This document shows, one piece after another, positions 1 through 10,000 of a DNA stretch of 64,000 nucleotides. Made by a program: the position numbers and the translations under genes. The DNA lies in the NCBI GenBank assembly GCA_020353515.1, contig CP070695.1:2905231-2969230 (forward strand), read 5' to 3'. The notes beneath the pieces are model-generated. The model was given only the letters and a program-made list of their open reading frames with translations, was not told where the DNA came from and made no database searches. Each line of letters starts with the position of its first letter. Position 1 is the first letter of the stretch. Origin of the DNA: Candidatus Heimdallarchaeota archaeon (GTDB lineage Archaea; Asgardarchaeota; Heimdallarchaeia; Hodarchaeales; Hodarchaeaceae).

Positions 1-190
1 GCTCCTAAAGAAATTTCTTCATTTAGGGAGAAGGAGGGAAGGAAGATTTGAAAGGGAAAGGGGGATCCTGAAATAAAAATAATTTCTAATCCGACTTAAA
101 TGAGGTATAATCCTTCAGAAGACACCCCCCTCCTGTTTAGATACCTTTATAAGGGTGATTTGATCCAATAAAAATGGTGGGGTCAGCACA

Positions 191-526
191 CTGATCACGA
201 TCTTCGACCGCTTTTATGCAGAGGATGGTTCCCTCGAGCATGAGCAGCAGCGTCAGGTCGCGTTTCCCATCGGGGAAATGGTTGAGGCCGAGGCGTGGAA
301 TCTTGAGGGATTTCACCAGCTAATCATCTCTTGGTTTTCAATGGAAGAGACTAACTATACTGCTACTTTCACTGAATTTCAGATTGATGGGATGGGCGCC
401 ATCTTAAAGGAGGTCACAGCGATATTGGATCCTAAGGAACATGCGAGGTATCGGGATGATTGGAAAACCCATGGTTACCGAGGTTCGTGGCCTACTGTTG
501 TTTATTGGCCTGTCTTTTATTTTTAA
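191..526 (+). CDS. Small hypothetical protein. ORF track starts at ATG 278, but the frame is open from 164 and a CTG start at 191 is possible.
   Basis: In-frame upstream extension LITIFDRFYAEDGSLEHEQQRQVAFPIGE, with a GGTGGGG SD-like element at 176-182. Locally more GC-rich than the flanks. No family recognised. Confidence 0.45.
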   Translation: MITIFDRFYAEDGSLEHEQQRQVAFPIGEMVEAEAWNLEGFHQLIISWFSMEETNYTATFTEFQIDGMGAILKEVTAILDPKEHARYRDDWKTHGYRGSWPTVVYWPVFYF

Positions 527-735
527 CAAAGGGAGGAATGGAGAGAGGAAACCGAGAAAAAATACGCATTGTTGGTAGCCTTTAAGCGAATAGCTTATAT
601 ACACCTTTGTCTGTTACAAGGCAGATAGAATACTTCTTTTGGTTTGTTAGAAGGATATATCAAATAATCACATGAGAGCGAATACTTCTTTAGGAAACCA
701 AAAGAGATTCAAGGAAATTAAAGGAAATTGAGCGT

Positions 736-1458
736 ATGAAATCTATTCCCGAAATTGAAGTAATTTTTGACCAATTATTCGCAGATCCTAATGTACAACA
801 ATGTATAGTGTCAACTATTGATGGGTCTCCTATTACAGGTAGAACCAGAGGGGAAGAAACTGGGGAGGAGTTGTTTGTCATTCCAGCTGCAATCTCGAGT
901 GCCCTAGCCATTTCGCAGGGATTTCTTGAAACAAATCTAGATGACAATGTTAGAGAATACATTGTCTTTCAAGAACGGTCAATAATTTTAGCAACAAGGA
1001 AGGCGAATACTGTTCTGATTACTACGATTTCTCTTCCCAAATCATCTTTTGAATCACGAACACCTGTTGATGATCTGATCGAAATAATGAGAGATGCTGC
1101 TGCCAAAATAGACGCCATAGTCAAAACATTAGAGATCGAAGATAGCTTGATCGAAAAACTCCAAAGGGCCATCCCAGAAGCAAGTGCAATCTTATTACTT
1201 TCTTCTGCGGGAATTCCTCTGAGTGATCTCTTATCCAGTCTAGATATTGATTCAGCACAACTTTCAGCGGTCTCTTCTGCCCTCAGTTTACCTACACGTG
1301 TATTAGGTCAGGACAGTCAGAGTATTGCTGTGACTGGTAAAGACAACATCATCCTTCTTTACTCTTTAGATGCTGATCGTATACTCATGGTATCGTTGAA
1401 ACCGAAAGATAGCGTTGAATCCTATCTAACACATATTTCCCGTATTGTAAGCCATTAA
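736..1458 (+). CDS. Tandem Roadblock/LC7 (MglB/LAMTOR-like) domain protein
   Basis: Two roughly 110-130 aa repeats with the Roadblock pattern: 'VQQCIVSTIDGSPI...AAISSALAIS' and 'ASAILLLSSAGIPL...LSAVSSAL...IAVTGKDNIILLYSL'. Confidence 0.8.
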   Translation: MKSIPEIEVIFDQLFADPNVQQCIVSTIDGSPITGRTRGEETGEELFVIPAAISSALAISQGFLETNLDDNVREYIVFQERSIILATRKANTVLITTISLPKSSFESRTPVDDLIEIMRDAAAKIDAIVKTLEIEDSLIEKLQRAIPEASAILLLSSAGIPLSDLLSSLDIDSAQLSAVSSALSLPTRVLGQDSQSIAVTGKDNIILLYSLDADRILMVSLKPKDSVESYLTHISRIVSH

Positions 1459-1726
1459 TTTCATGATAAAATTGGAATTCTAACTTTAAAAGCCTATTTG
1501 TTGGATTATATCACTAAATTAGGCCAATAAAGTTGTTCTAAAACATAATTATGTATTTCAAAAGAGTCTTATTAAGAAAATTTAGTGTAATAATTTACTT
1601 GGAAGCATAAATCCCACCAAAAAAAAGATATTAAGATAAAAAGATATTAATTAGTACAGTCCAAATTATATAAAATCAATTAGAAAGATTAATTCTCCCC
1701 GCTTAACTCCAAAAAAAGCCTAAGGA

Positions 1727-2437
1727 TTGAAGGAATGGAAGATGGATATTAAACATGCCCTTAACGAAGCAAAGACTCTAATCATTGAGAAAAAAGCTGA
1801 ACAGGCTGCGGAACTTCTCAATAATGCATATAATATTTTACAGAGTCAACCCCCTGATGATCTAACCCAAGAAGAGAAAATATTATTGGAAGGAGAGATT
1901 CAAGAGAGTCTGGGTGATACAAAGATCCTCCAACAACAAGATCAAGAGGCATTAAGCCACCTGTTAATGGCAATGACTCAATTACAGACATTAGAGACAA
2001 TGATTGACAAACCCCCTCATGAGGTTCTTTTTCGTGTATATCGAAAACTGTCTGGTGCTTTCAATCGATTGGGCCAACAATTTGAAAGTGAAAAGTATTT
2101 ACGTAATGCTGGTGAGATTAAGGCAGCTATATTGAAAACTGAATTACATACACGGTTCAGAGAAGCAGGATATAAAGTCCAAGAAAATGTCCGTGCAGTG
2201 GAAACAGAAGCATCTCCAGTCGATGTAATGGCAGAAAAGGGAGGATTTTTTTCAAAGAAGCGCGTAGCAATATGGTTTGCCATGGACGAGGCGGAGCTTG
2301 ATACTATTGCGTTTCTCACACGAGGATATGCCAAATACGCTAAAGAAAGATATGTCTTGATGTTAATGGGGGAATCTACGATTCCTAGTCTCCAAGGAGC
2401 TACGATTATTTCTTCTATTGACCAAATCAAGATGTAA
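1727..2437 (+). CDS. TPR-like helical protein with a C-terminal degenerate PD-(D/E)XK (Mrr-like) domain
   Basis: N-terminal TPR-like helices (IQESLGDT..., VYRKLSGAFNRLGQ). C-terminal 'FREAGYKVQENV...PVDVMAEK...RVAIWFA' has the restriction-endonuclease pattern but lacks the E-x-K. Confidence 0.6.
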   Translation: MKEWKMDIKHALNEAKTLIIEKKAEQAAELLNNAYNILQSQPPDDLTQEEKILLEGEIQESLGDTKILQQQDQEALSHLLMAMTQLQTLETMIDKPPHEVLFRVYRKLSGAFNRLGQQFESEKYLRNAGEIKAAILKTELHTRFREAGYKVQENVRAVETEASPVDVMAEKGGFFSKKRVAIWFAMDEAELDTIAFLTRGYAKYAKERYVLMLMGESTIPSLQGATIISSIDQIKM

Positions 2438-2580
2438 GTAAGGAGTTGGAACTGGGAGAGAGGAAATTTAGGACTATTTCTTCCAATAAAGTAATATAAT
2501 CTTTCCTTTCAATGGTATATGGACTATATGGCCCAATCTTCGTTCTAATCCATTCCCTCCGAGGAGGATGGAAAATAGCC

Positions 2581-3153
2581 CTATTTCGGTTGTTGAGCTT
2601 CCACAAAATCCAGATAGACGCTTCCCAACATATCAAACGCTGTAGAAACATTCAGTCCCGTTTTAGCACTCGTAGGCATGAATTTGACAGGAAAGCCACT
2701 TTCCATGGTCTTCTTTGATAAATTCTCCGCAAATTCCTCAGCTTGATTGTCTGTGATATGGTTTGGAAATTGTTCTCTAAGATCCACTTTATTCCCAAGA
2801 AGGACAATTGGTATCATACCCTTCCCATTATGTTTAAAAATCTCCTCTAACCAGCTTTCAAGATTTGTGAAGGTATCAGGACGAGTTACATCGAAAAGGA
2901 GGAGTGCACCTAAACAACCATAATAATAAACGCTTCTTACAGTTCCAAAACGTGGTTGACCTGCTAGATCCCAGATTTGGAATTTTATATTTTTTTCCCG
3001 TATGGTCGCTTCTTTCAATGCGAAATCTGCGCCGATAGTCATCATATAATTACTGCTGAATCCTTTACCGAGATAGCGTTCCCGTAATGCGGTCTTTCCG
3101 ACAGCACCGTCACCCGCGAGAACTATTTTCATTAGGAAGCTCATATTTTTCAT
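2581..3153 (-). CDS. Rab-like small GTPase (Ras superfamily)
   Basis: G1 GDGAVGKT, G2 TIGADF, G3 WDLAGQ, G4 NKVD, G5 SAK. RabF-like motifs IGADF, KFQIW and YYYGC. No C-terminal Cys prenylation motif. Confidence 0.95.
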   Translation of the reverse strand: MKNMSFLMKIVLAGDGAVGKTALRERYLGKGFSSNYMMTIGADFALKEATIREKNIKFQIWDLAGQPRFGTVRSVYYYGCLGALLLFDVTRPDTFTNLESWLEEIFKHNGKGMIPIVLLGNKVDLREQFPNHITDNQAEEFAENLSKKTMESGFPVKFMPTSAKTGLNVSTAFDMLGSVYLDFVEAQQPK

Positions 3154-3397
3154 AACCTCTATTTTTCTTTGACTAGAGCTATTTTTTATACCCTAAGACC
3201 AAGTATTATTGTGTTATTTTACTTGTATTGTTATTATTATTAAATGTTATCTTTAGTTTTTGATATGAAATATTTCATTCCTTTATTATCAAAAGAATAG
3301 GATAGATTCAATTTAAACGTTTTTCAAGGTTCTGTTTAATAAACCTTTTCAATAATCGTGTTTTAACAGATCTGGATATCTACCTGATTGAAGATAG

Positions 3398-4348
3398 TTA
3401 TAATCTTCTATGATTAAAGAGAGGATCTTCCTCCCAGAGTTCGATGTTTAATCGTTCCCATCGTGTAGTAATACGGCCTTGTCTTCGACAGATTTCCGCA
3501 GCCATCCAGATCCATTTTCTTGTTAGAAGCAGAATTCTCTTAACCCCCATGAACTCCAAAGGTGGAATACTTAAGATTTCATTTAGGATCGAATTGATTA
3601 AGACCTCATCAATTTTCTCTTCCTGTACAACTATCCATACTACGCCCCCTGTCTCCTCATCAATCCCAATTAAATCTACAGTCCCAGCGATTTGTCCCGG
3701 AACAATCGAAGTCAGATAGGAACAACCAAATGTGCTGGAATCTGTTAAAGCACGGAGAACCAGATCAACCCGTCGATGTTCTGAGCGAGTAATTAACGAA
3801 TTATGAATTGATCGGATAATATTAGCTTTTTTGGCAAATATATCCCACAACAACGATTTCTTATCAATTACTCCACCTTCAGGCTGGTAGTCGAGATCAG
3901 CATGAAACATCAAATCAATGATGTGTTGTGCTTCTAAGCCCTCGAAATCAATCAAATCGGTTACAAAATTCTTGGGAAGGATCATATCGCCCCGAGAATA
4001 AAACCATGTTCGAGGAATTTGATCAACAGGTCGTTGACTTTCTTCTGTACGAATCATTCGATACCCAAAAGTTAATCCTAACTGTTGAGCTCGTTCAACA
4101 GTCATTTCTGCTACAGTGGAACCACATGATGCACAATTAAATTCAGAGCTCCCTCGTTCTCTACCTAGAACATCATCACATAGATATTTTATCTGACAAC
4201 TACGACAATAATACAGGATATCTTGACCTTGGGTAGCAACATCTTTCTCCCGCACATGTTTACAAAGTTTGCAGGGGCCATCACACACAACTTTGGTGTC
4301 ATATTCAGAACTTTCAACCGTTTCTGAGGGTGCCAGCGAAACCACCAA
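3398..4348 (-). CDS. Zn-finger protein with a C-terminal degenerate NucS/PD-(D/E)XK-like domain
   Basis: N-terminal Cys clusters CDGPCKLC, CRSC and CASC. C-terminal 'AGTVDLIGIDEETGGVVWIVVQ' resembles NucS/Mrr motif II but has no E-x-K. Confidence 0.55.
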   Translation of the reverse strand: MVVSLAPSETVESSEYDTKVVCDGPCKLCKHVREKDVATQGQDILYYCRSCQIKYLCDDVLGRERGSSEFNCASCGSTVAEMTVERAQQLGLTFGYRMIRTEESQRPVDQIPRTWFYSRGDMILPKNFVTDLIDFEGLEAQHIIDLMFHADLDYQPEGGVIDKKSLLWDIFAKKANIIRSIHNSLITRSEHRRVDLVLRALTDSSTFGCSYLTSIVPGQIAGTVDLIGIDEETGGVVWIVVQEEKIDEVLINSILNEILSIPPLEFMGVKRILLLTRKWIWMAAEICRRQGRITTRWERLNIELWEEDPLFNHRRL

Positions 4349-4428
4349 GCGATTTCTAAAAAGCTACCTTTTATACATATCCATTTCAATTTAGTAAGGG
4401 AGAATTCAGGTTTTAATTAATCATTCTA

Positions 4429-4707
4429 TTAATAAGTTATTTGAAAGTCTGAAAACTGAGGTTTCTCAATATCTTCCCATACTTCCTTGGTACTAGCTAT
4501 TCGTGAATATGGAGAACCTTCGTTCTTTGCCCATGTGGCAATTTTTCTTAATGAATCTTCGGTACCTTCAGCAACGATTTCAACTCTCCCATCTGGCAAA
4601 TTTCTGACATAACCACAGATCGCGAGCTGTCTTGCCATGTCTCGAGTATATACCCGAAAAAATACTCCTTGTACTCTACCAGTAACATAGATTCTGACTC
4701 GTTTCAT
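4429..4707 (-). CDS. acyP: Acylphosphatase
   Basis: Signature motifs GRVQGVFFR and GYVRNLPDGRVE; 92 aa. Confidence 0.95.
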   Translation of the reverse strand: MKRVRIYVTGRVQGVFFRVYTRDMARQLAICGYVRNLPDGRVEIVAEGTEDSLRKIATWAKNEGSPYSRIASTKEVWEDIEKPQFSDFQITY

Positions 4708-4751
4708 TTACACTAACCATATCTGTGAGCATCGTAAATCGAACTTCAATT

Positions 4752-5819
4752 CTAAATCGATCGTGTCCCATCGATAAATTCCTCAAACCTCTGTACTGAA
4801 TCTTGTTCGCTAACATATACAGGGGGGAATTTAAACCCATAAGCGGATATGGAAATCAAGGGACCATCAATCCCTTTGTTCATAGCTAACTTTGTGGCAC
4901 GGATCACGTTTATGAGGGTTCCTGCAGCATTTGGGCCATCTACTGTTTTAATTGTGAGATCAATTTTAAACGGAGTATCCAAGAAATACCCACCATAAAT
5001 CCAAAAATAACCAGTCCGATCATTTCCTAGAAAGTCAAGATAATCAGTGGTTCCTGAAGCGATATCTTCATCAGTAAGATAAGGGAGTGTCCTCTTAATA
5101 CTGTCTGTTTTAATCTGACGTTTTTCCATACGCCGTTCAGTATACAAAGTATTCATCCCCTCACTTCCACCCGAGACGTCTAATTGATATGTATTCCTAA
5201 TTCGTGCACCGAAGGAGTTTAACATTTCTAGTAATCCTTTATGGATTCTTGTTCCTCCTAATTGAGATTGTAAATCGTCACCCACCACTGGTAAATTAGC
5301 TTTTTTGAATTTTCTTACCCATTTATCGTCAGAACAGATTCGTGTTGGAGCTGCTTCAATAAATGCTAAATCTGCTTCAATACATGCATCTGCATAAGTA
5401 TATGTAGCCTCTTTTGCTCCTGAAGGCAGTAATGAAATTACCATATCAGCATTCGCAGTTTTCATTTCTTTTACTAGATCTACATCTGGTGTTGAGCTTA
5501 TCTGAATGGTTTCGGCTAACAAAGGAGAGATACCATCAAGAGGGGGGCCTTTCTTTACTTCTACTCCTAAGGGTGTCGAATAGTCAATAAAACGTGGTGC
5601 AACGTTTGGTTCTGCAAATATGGCTTCAGTTATGTCTTTTCCAACTTTCCCCTCAACAACATCGAATGCAGCTGCAATTTCTATATCGCTAATTCGCATT
5701 CCCCCAATTGTTTCGTATTTTAGTCCTGTTGTCTCATGTTTGGTATAATATTCTAATGCTTGTACAAGTGCAGAAGCTGCATTTCCCACACCAACCAGAA
5801 TGACTCTTGCCTTTGTCAC
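4752..5819 (-). CDS. ino1: myo-inositol-1-phosphate synthase family protein (divergent)
   Basis: NAD-binding GVGNAAS; AAFDV...KVGKD; GDDLQSQLGGT; DGPNAAG. Confidence 0.8.
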   Translation of the reverse strand: MTKARVILVGVGNAASALVQALEYYTKHETTGLKYETIGGMRISDIEIAAAFDVVEGKVGKDITEAIFAEPNVAPRFIDYSTPLGVEVKKGPPLDGISPLLAETIQISSTPDVDLVKEMKTANADMVISLLPSGAKEATYTYADACIEADLAFIEAAPTRICSDDKWVRKFKKANLPVVGDDLQSQLGGTRIHKGLLEMLNSFGARIRNTYQLDVSGGSEGMNTLYTERRMEKRQIKTDSIKRTLPYLTDEDIASGTTDYLDFLGNDRTGYFWIYGGYFLDTPFKIDLTIKTVDGPNAAGTLINVIRATKLAMNKGIDGPLISISAYGFKFPPVYVSEQDSVQRFEEFIDGTRSI

Positions 5820-6196
5820 TATATTTACATCCCAAGTTCAAAGATTCATTATAAACGGATAGAAGAGAATTGAGAAGTGATTAAGAACTTTTTTAGGTCT
5901 ATTAATACGAACCACAAATCCTATTATATTGGCATTTCTATAGATACATCTGTCATCAATGTTTTATATATTGAATTTCAGTGGTAAAGGGTTCTACTAA
6001 AAAGAAAACGTTTTTTGTCGGTAATATTAAGCATTTCACTCCCGTCTTACAAAACACTCTCATCAAATAATATTGAAAAGCTATAAGAATAGTAGTAACA
6101 TTACATAATGTTCGGATGAGTTTTTAAAATATAAAAAAAAAGTATTATTAGATACTTAGTAAAAGGAAAACAAAAGATTTTAGGACGGACGAGTCG

Positions 6197-6949
6197 GTGG
6201 TAAAACTCTTTAAAAAGAAGTCCAAGGTAGCAACAAGAGATTTCAAGTTTAATACATCTTTAAAACTAAAGTCGCTCCCACTAGAAGAATATGCCCATGT
6301 CTCATATGCTTTCCAAGTTGCAATTCTTCGCTTTGAACGTATACTCAAAGAAAGCCTCCTTGAGGGGTATATCACTTCTACAACATTGGAAAAAATTTCA
6401 CAGGAGTTTAACCTTTCAGAGATTCGAGATTTGGAAATTCCTGATACTCCTTCGTTGCAAACAATATTTGGATCCGAAGCACCTGCGGTAACCGCAAAAA
6501 AGCCTATACTAGAGGCCATATCACCCACTCCCACTATAGATATTGCTGAAACTCCCACTCCAAAGCCCATCACCCCTGAAGCTCCTTCAATCACTCCTTC
6601 CACGATTATTCCTACAGAACCCACACCTGACGCGAAACCCACTACACCCAGTATTCCTGCTGAACCAAAAACTCGTCCAACAATCAGTTTTTCATTTCCA
6701 GAAACTCCAGCAGAACCTAAAGAGGTCGCACCCTCACCTACCCCGACTTCCACAGGAAAGATTACCCCACCGACAATCCCAAAGATATCTTTTCCATCTA
6801 AGCCTACCACCCCACCTGCAATTAGTCCATTGTCACGATCCACTAGTGGACGTGAAGAAGATCGTGCCACTGGAATCGCTATTCTTCGCAAACAAATGTT
6901 GACAGAATTAAAAAAGATTCGATCCGTGGTTTCAGAGCAAGATCAATAG
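6197..6949 (+). CDS. Pro/Thr-rich protein with an N-terminal helical domain and a C-terminal amphipathic (WH2-like) helix
   Basis: GTG start. About 130 aa of P/T/S low-complexity sequence; C-terminus DRATGIAILRKQMLTELKKIR. Confidence 0.75.
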   Translation: MVKLFKKKSKVATRDFKFNTSLKLKSLPLEEYAHVSYAFQVAILRFERILKESLLEGYITSTTLEKISQEFNLSEIRDLEIPDTPSLQTIFGSEAPAVTAKKPILEAISPTPTIDIAETPTPKPITPEAPSITPSTIIPTEPTPDAKPTTPSIPAEPKTRPTISFSFPETPAEPKEVAPSPTPTSTGKITPPTIPKISFPSKPTTPPAISPLSRSTSGREEDRATGIAILRKQMLTELKKIRSVVSEQDQ

Positions 6950-7069
6950 TGTTAATAGTGTTAAGGTTCAAAGAGTAATATCCTAGTTTTTTTTCAAATT
7001 TTCGTGTTTAGAGAGTTTCTCACGTAATCTTTTAATTCATGTGTGAAAAAAAAAGAAAAAAGAGTAACT

Positions 7070-10000
7070 CTATACCGATTTTCTCCGTACAGCTACACTA
7101 GCAATAGTTGCAGACACAATTGCAACAATTAACAGTGTGATAATAGGAAATACTGGGACTACTAGGGAATCTAACTCAAGATACTTCTCGGTTGTATCAC
7201 CTACCTTGGTGTTCCCCGCTAAATCTATTACTTCAACGAACGCTCGACTCTGACCATCGTGAAGCTTGGAAATCTTCACAGTCCACGTATCATCTGTTTT
7301 CACGCATTCGTATATTCCCCATGATTCCTGTTCAACGAAAACGCGGACGCTTGATATTCCCCAATTATCTACAGCATTAACTTCTACATTTAATACTGCC
7401 CTATTGTCATAAACTCCTTCTTCCAGTTTTAAGCTTTGGATTATAGGGAATTCCATATCTTTGATAACGGATCCCGTTGAAGGATCAATTGGAATTCGAG
7501 TTGCTCCAAGAACTTTTGAAGTGCTGTGAATTACCCAATCGTGATACATGCTTGAGAGTTGAGCAGGTGGAACCAGAGATTGACGAACATCCATCGCAAT
7601 AATGCCATATGAAACCTCAGTTGTTCCCATTGCTAGCTCTGGAAAGAAGAATGCTACTCCAGATGAAGTGATTTCATAGGTGGCATCTGGATGGACGATG
7701 GTATTAACATCAAGATCAAAACCACTAGGAACGGTATCCTCGAGCATGATGAAATTCTCTACTTGTTCTGTGTTTGTAATAGATAAAGTTACAATAACCA
7801 GGTCTCCTTTTTGATATGACGTTGATTTAGAGTATCCTCTTTCCAGAATTAACCCTTCTTGAAGAATTTTGTCTGTGTTTTCACTGAACCTTGGAGGACT
7901 CGAATCTTGAGTAGGTACAAACAGAATGCCCTCTACTTCTTCAACCACCTCAAGTTCAATTGGTCCATATCTACGAGAAATAATACCTGGTGATTTTTCT
8001 TCCTTGTTTAAATCAGACAATCGATAAGTAATTTCAAAACCTGAAATAAGATAGGTCCCTATTTTTGAAGGCGCTTTATAATCATAAGAAATGATTATTT
8101 TTCGATTAAGAAGAGAGATAGAATCGCTCAAATTGATTAGGGGAGTAATTTCTCCTTTGATCGGCTCTATAGATAATTCTGAAGCAAAGACGTTTGATGA
8201 TTGTGGTGAGAGTGAGAGATCCACACTGAAATCACCTCCAGGAGTTGCTTCGACTTTATCAGGAATCACGATTGAGGGTAAGCTCCGAAGAACTTGGGAT
8301 CCTTGGAAGTAAAAGGAAACATTACCATTGCCATACTTAACGAATTCAACTTGATTTGGACCTGAGACGAGGATATCGGATAGTTTGAGGTACACAGAGG
8401 CTTGTGATGAAATTGAGAGACTATAATTCCCTTGAAGTAGATCATTTACATAAACAGCAACTGAACTGTCTTCATCAGAACCACTCAATTCGTGATTCAC
8501 TGTAATAAGACTGGAAATAGCAGCAGCAGTATCTGCTGTATTTCCCCATCCATAATACGACTGTCTATCTAGAAGCCATTCCAATGCTCCTTGTATTACA
8601 TGCATATTTGGACCTGCATCATTTACAACTAGAGCATGTATCGCTAATGCAGTTACTTCAACATCTCCACCTAAAGCTCTCCACCAATAGTTGTCTTCAG
8701 TAGCATAGCTCCAATAAGAACCCTTGGAGGAAAATTTGGTTTCTTCCACTAGAAAATCTAAAAGCTCACTTGTGAAAGATGATGTTCCATAACCTGATCC
8801 AGGTACACTAGTCAAATAAAGCCCTACAAGATAAGTAGACTGTTTATCTGAATCGGTCCAAGCGGATTCAATATACTCAATTGCGTCAGTAATGGCATCA
8901 GAATCTGTAAGCTCTTTAAAGGATAATACTGATCTCAAAATGAGTGCTGTAAAGGAAGTTTGATCAATATTCCGCCAGGAATCTGGTTCCCAATAACCTT
9001 CACTATGCTGATGTTGTTCTAAATACTTGAGTCCATCCTCAATTACACCAGAATCGATAGAAATCCCAGCATCATTTATGAGTCCGAGACAGTAAATTGC
9101 CAGACTTGTCATAAAGACCTTTGATTCATCGTCATGCCACCAACCCCAACCTCCATCTCTGTGTTGGAAGCTATAAAGTCGTGATAGACCAGAAACTATC
9201 ATATTGTGTATTTCTTCTTCAGTTTCATTGTCCAATTGACCGATCTCAGCTAAGTATTGTAGAACTAAGGCATTTGGTATTAATCGTGAGGTTGTTTGCT
9301 CAACACAACCATAGGGGTAGCCAACTAGGCGTTCCCAAGAGGAAATTGCTGCTGTTCCAAAACCAAGTGTTAATTGTAAGAATTCTGTGGCCTGCACAGC
9401 CTCCTCATACTTTTCATATGAAAATGAAGGATTAGTAGTGACAAAACCACTATTTCGAGCTTCAAAACTCACTCCATTGGGTATTACATCTAAGGGTTTA
9501 CGAATGGCGTCGCTAAATTTTGTGCCATTTGAAACTGTTGTACTCCCATATAGTGTAATATTGAAGAAACCAGAACCCTCGGCGAAACATGCCCATCCGA
9601 TGGAGCCAAGAAATCCACTTGGTAATAGTAAGTGTTGTTGCTTGTACCCTAAGAGTAAAACTCCTTCCTCTGTGTCAAGAAGAAGGGAAATATTTACCAT
9701 TTCATCTAAATAATTATAGACAATTCCACGAATAACAAAGACATCATCCTGGAATACATATGGATCTTTGTTGATTTCTACAAAAAACGGAAGGAATGTT
9801 TTGAATGTACCTTTTTCTAATACCCCAGCTCCAGTTTCCGTTGTTGCTACTACCCTAACGGTCCATTCACCGATATTATCTGGAAGATTTATTTCCATTT
9901 CCCATAATCCTGAATCTACAATCACACACGGGTTCCAAAAGGCATTTTCTGGTAAATTGTCTCGAACTTCTTTTTCCTGTTCTTCCTGTGAAACATCACT

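Noticed and set aside
1622-1650. 13-bp direct repeat AAAAAGATATTAA x2
   Set aside because: Only two AT-rich copies; could be an operator but is unsupported, and it is not CRISPR.
6148-6891. 247-aa Gly/Val-rich minus-strand ORF and +1-frame ORFs (6291, 6543)
   Set aside because: Shadow frames of the Pro/Thr-rich gene; low-complexity codons leave other frames open.
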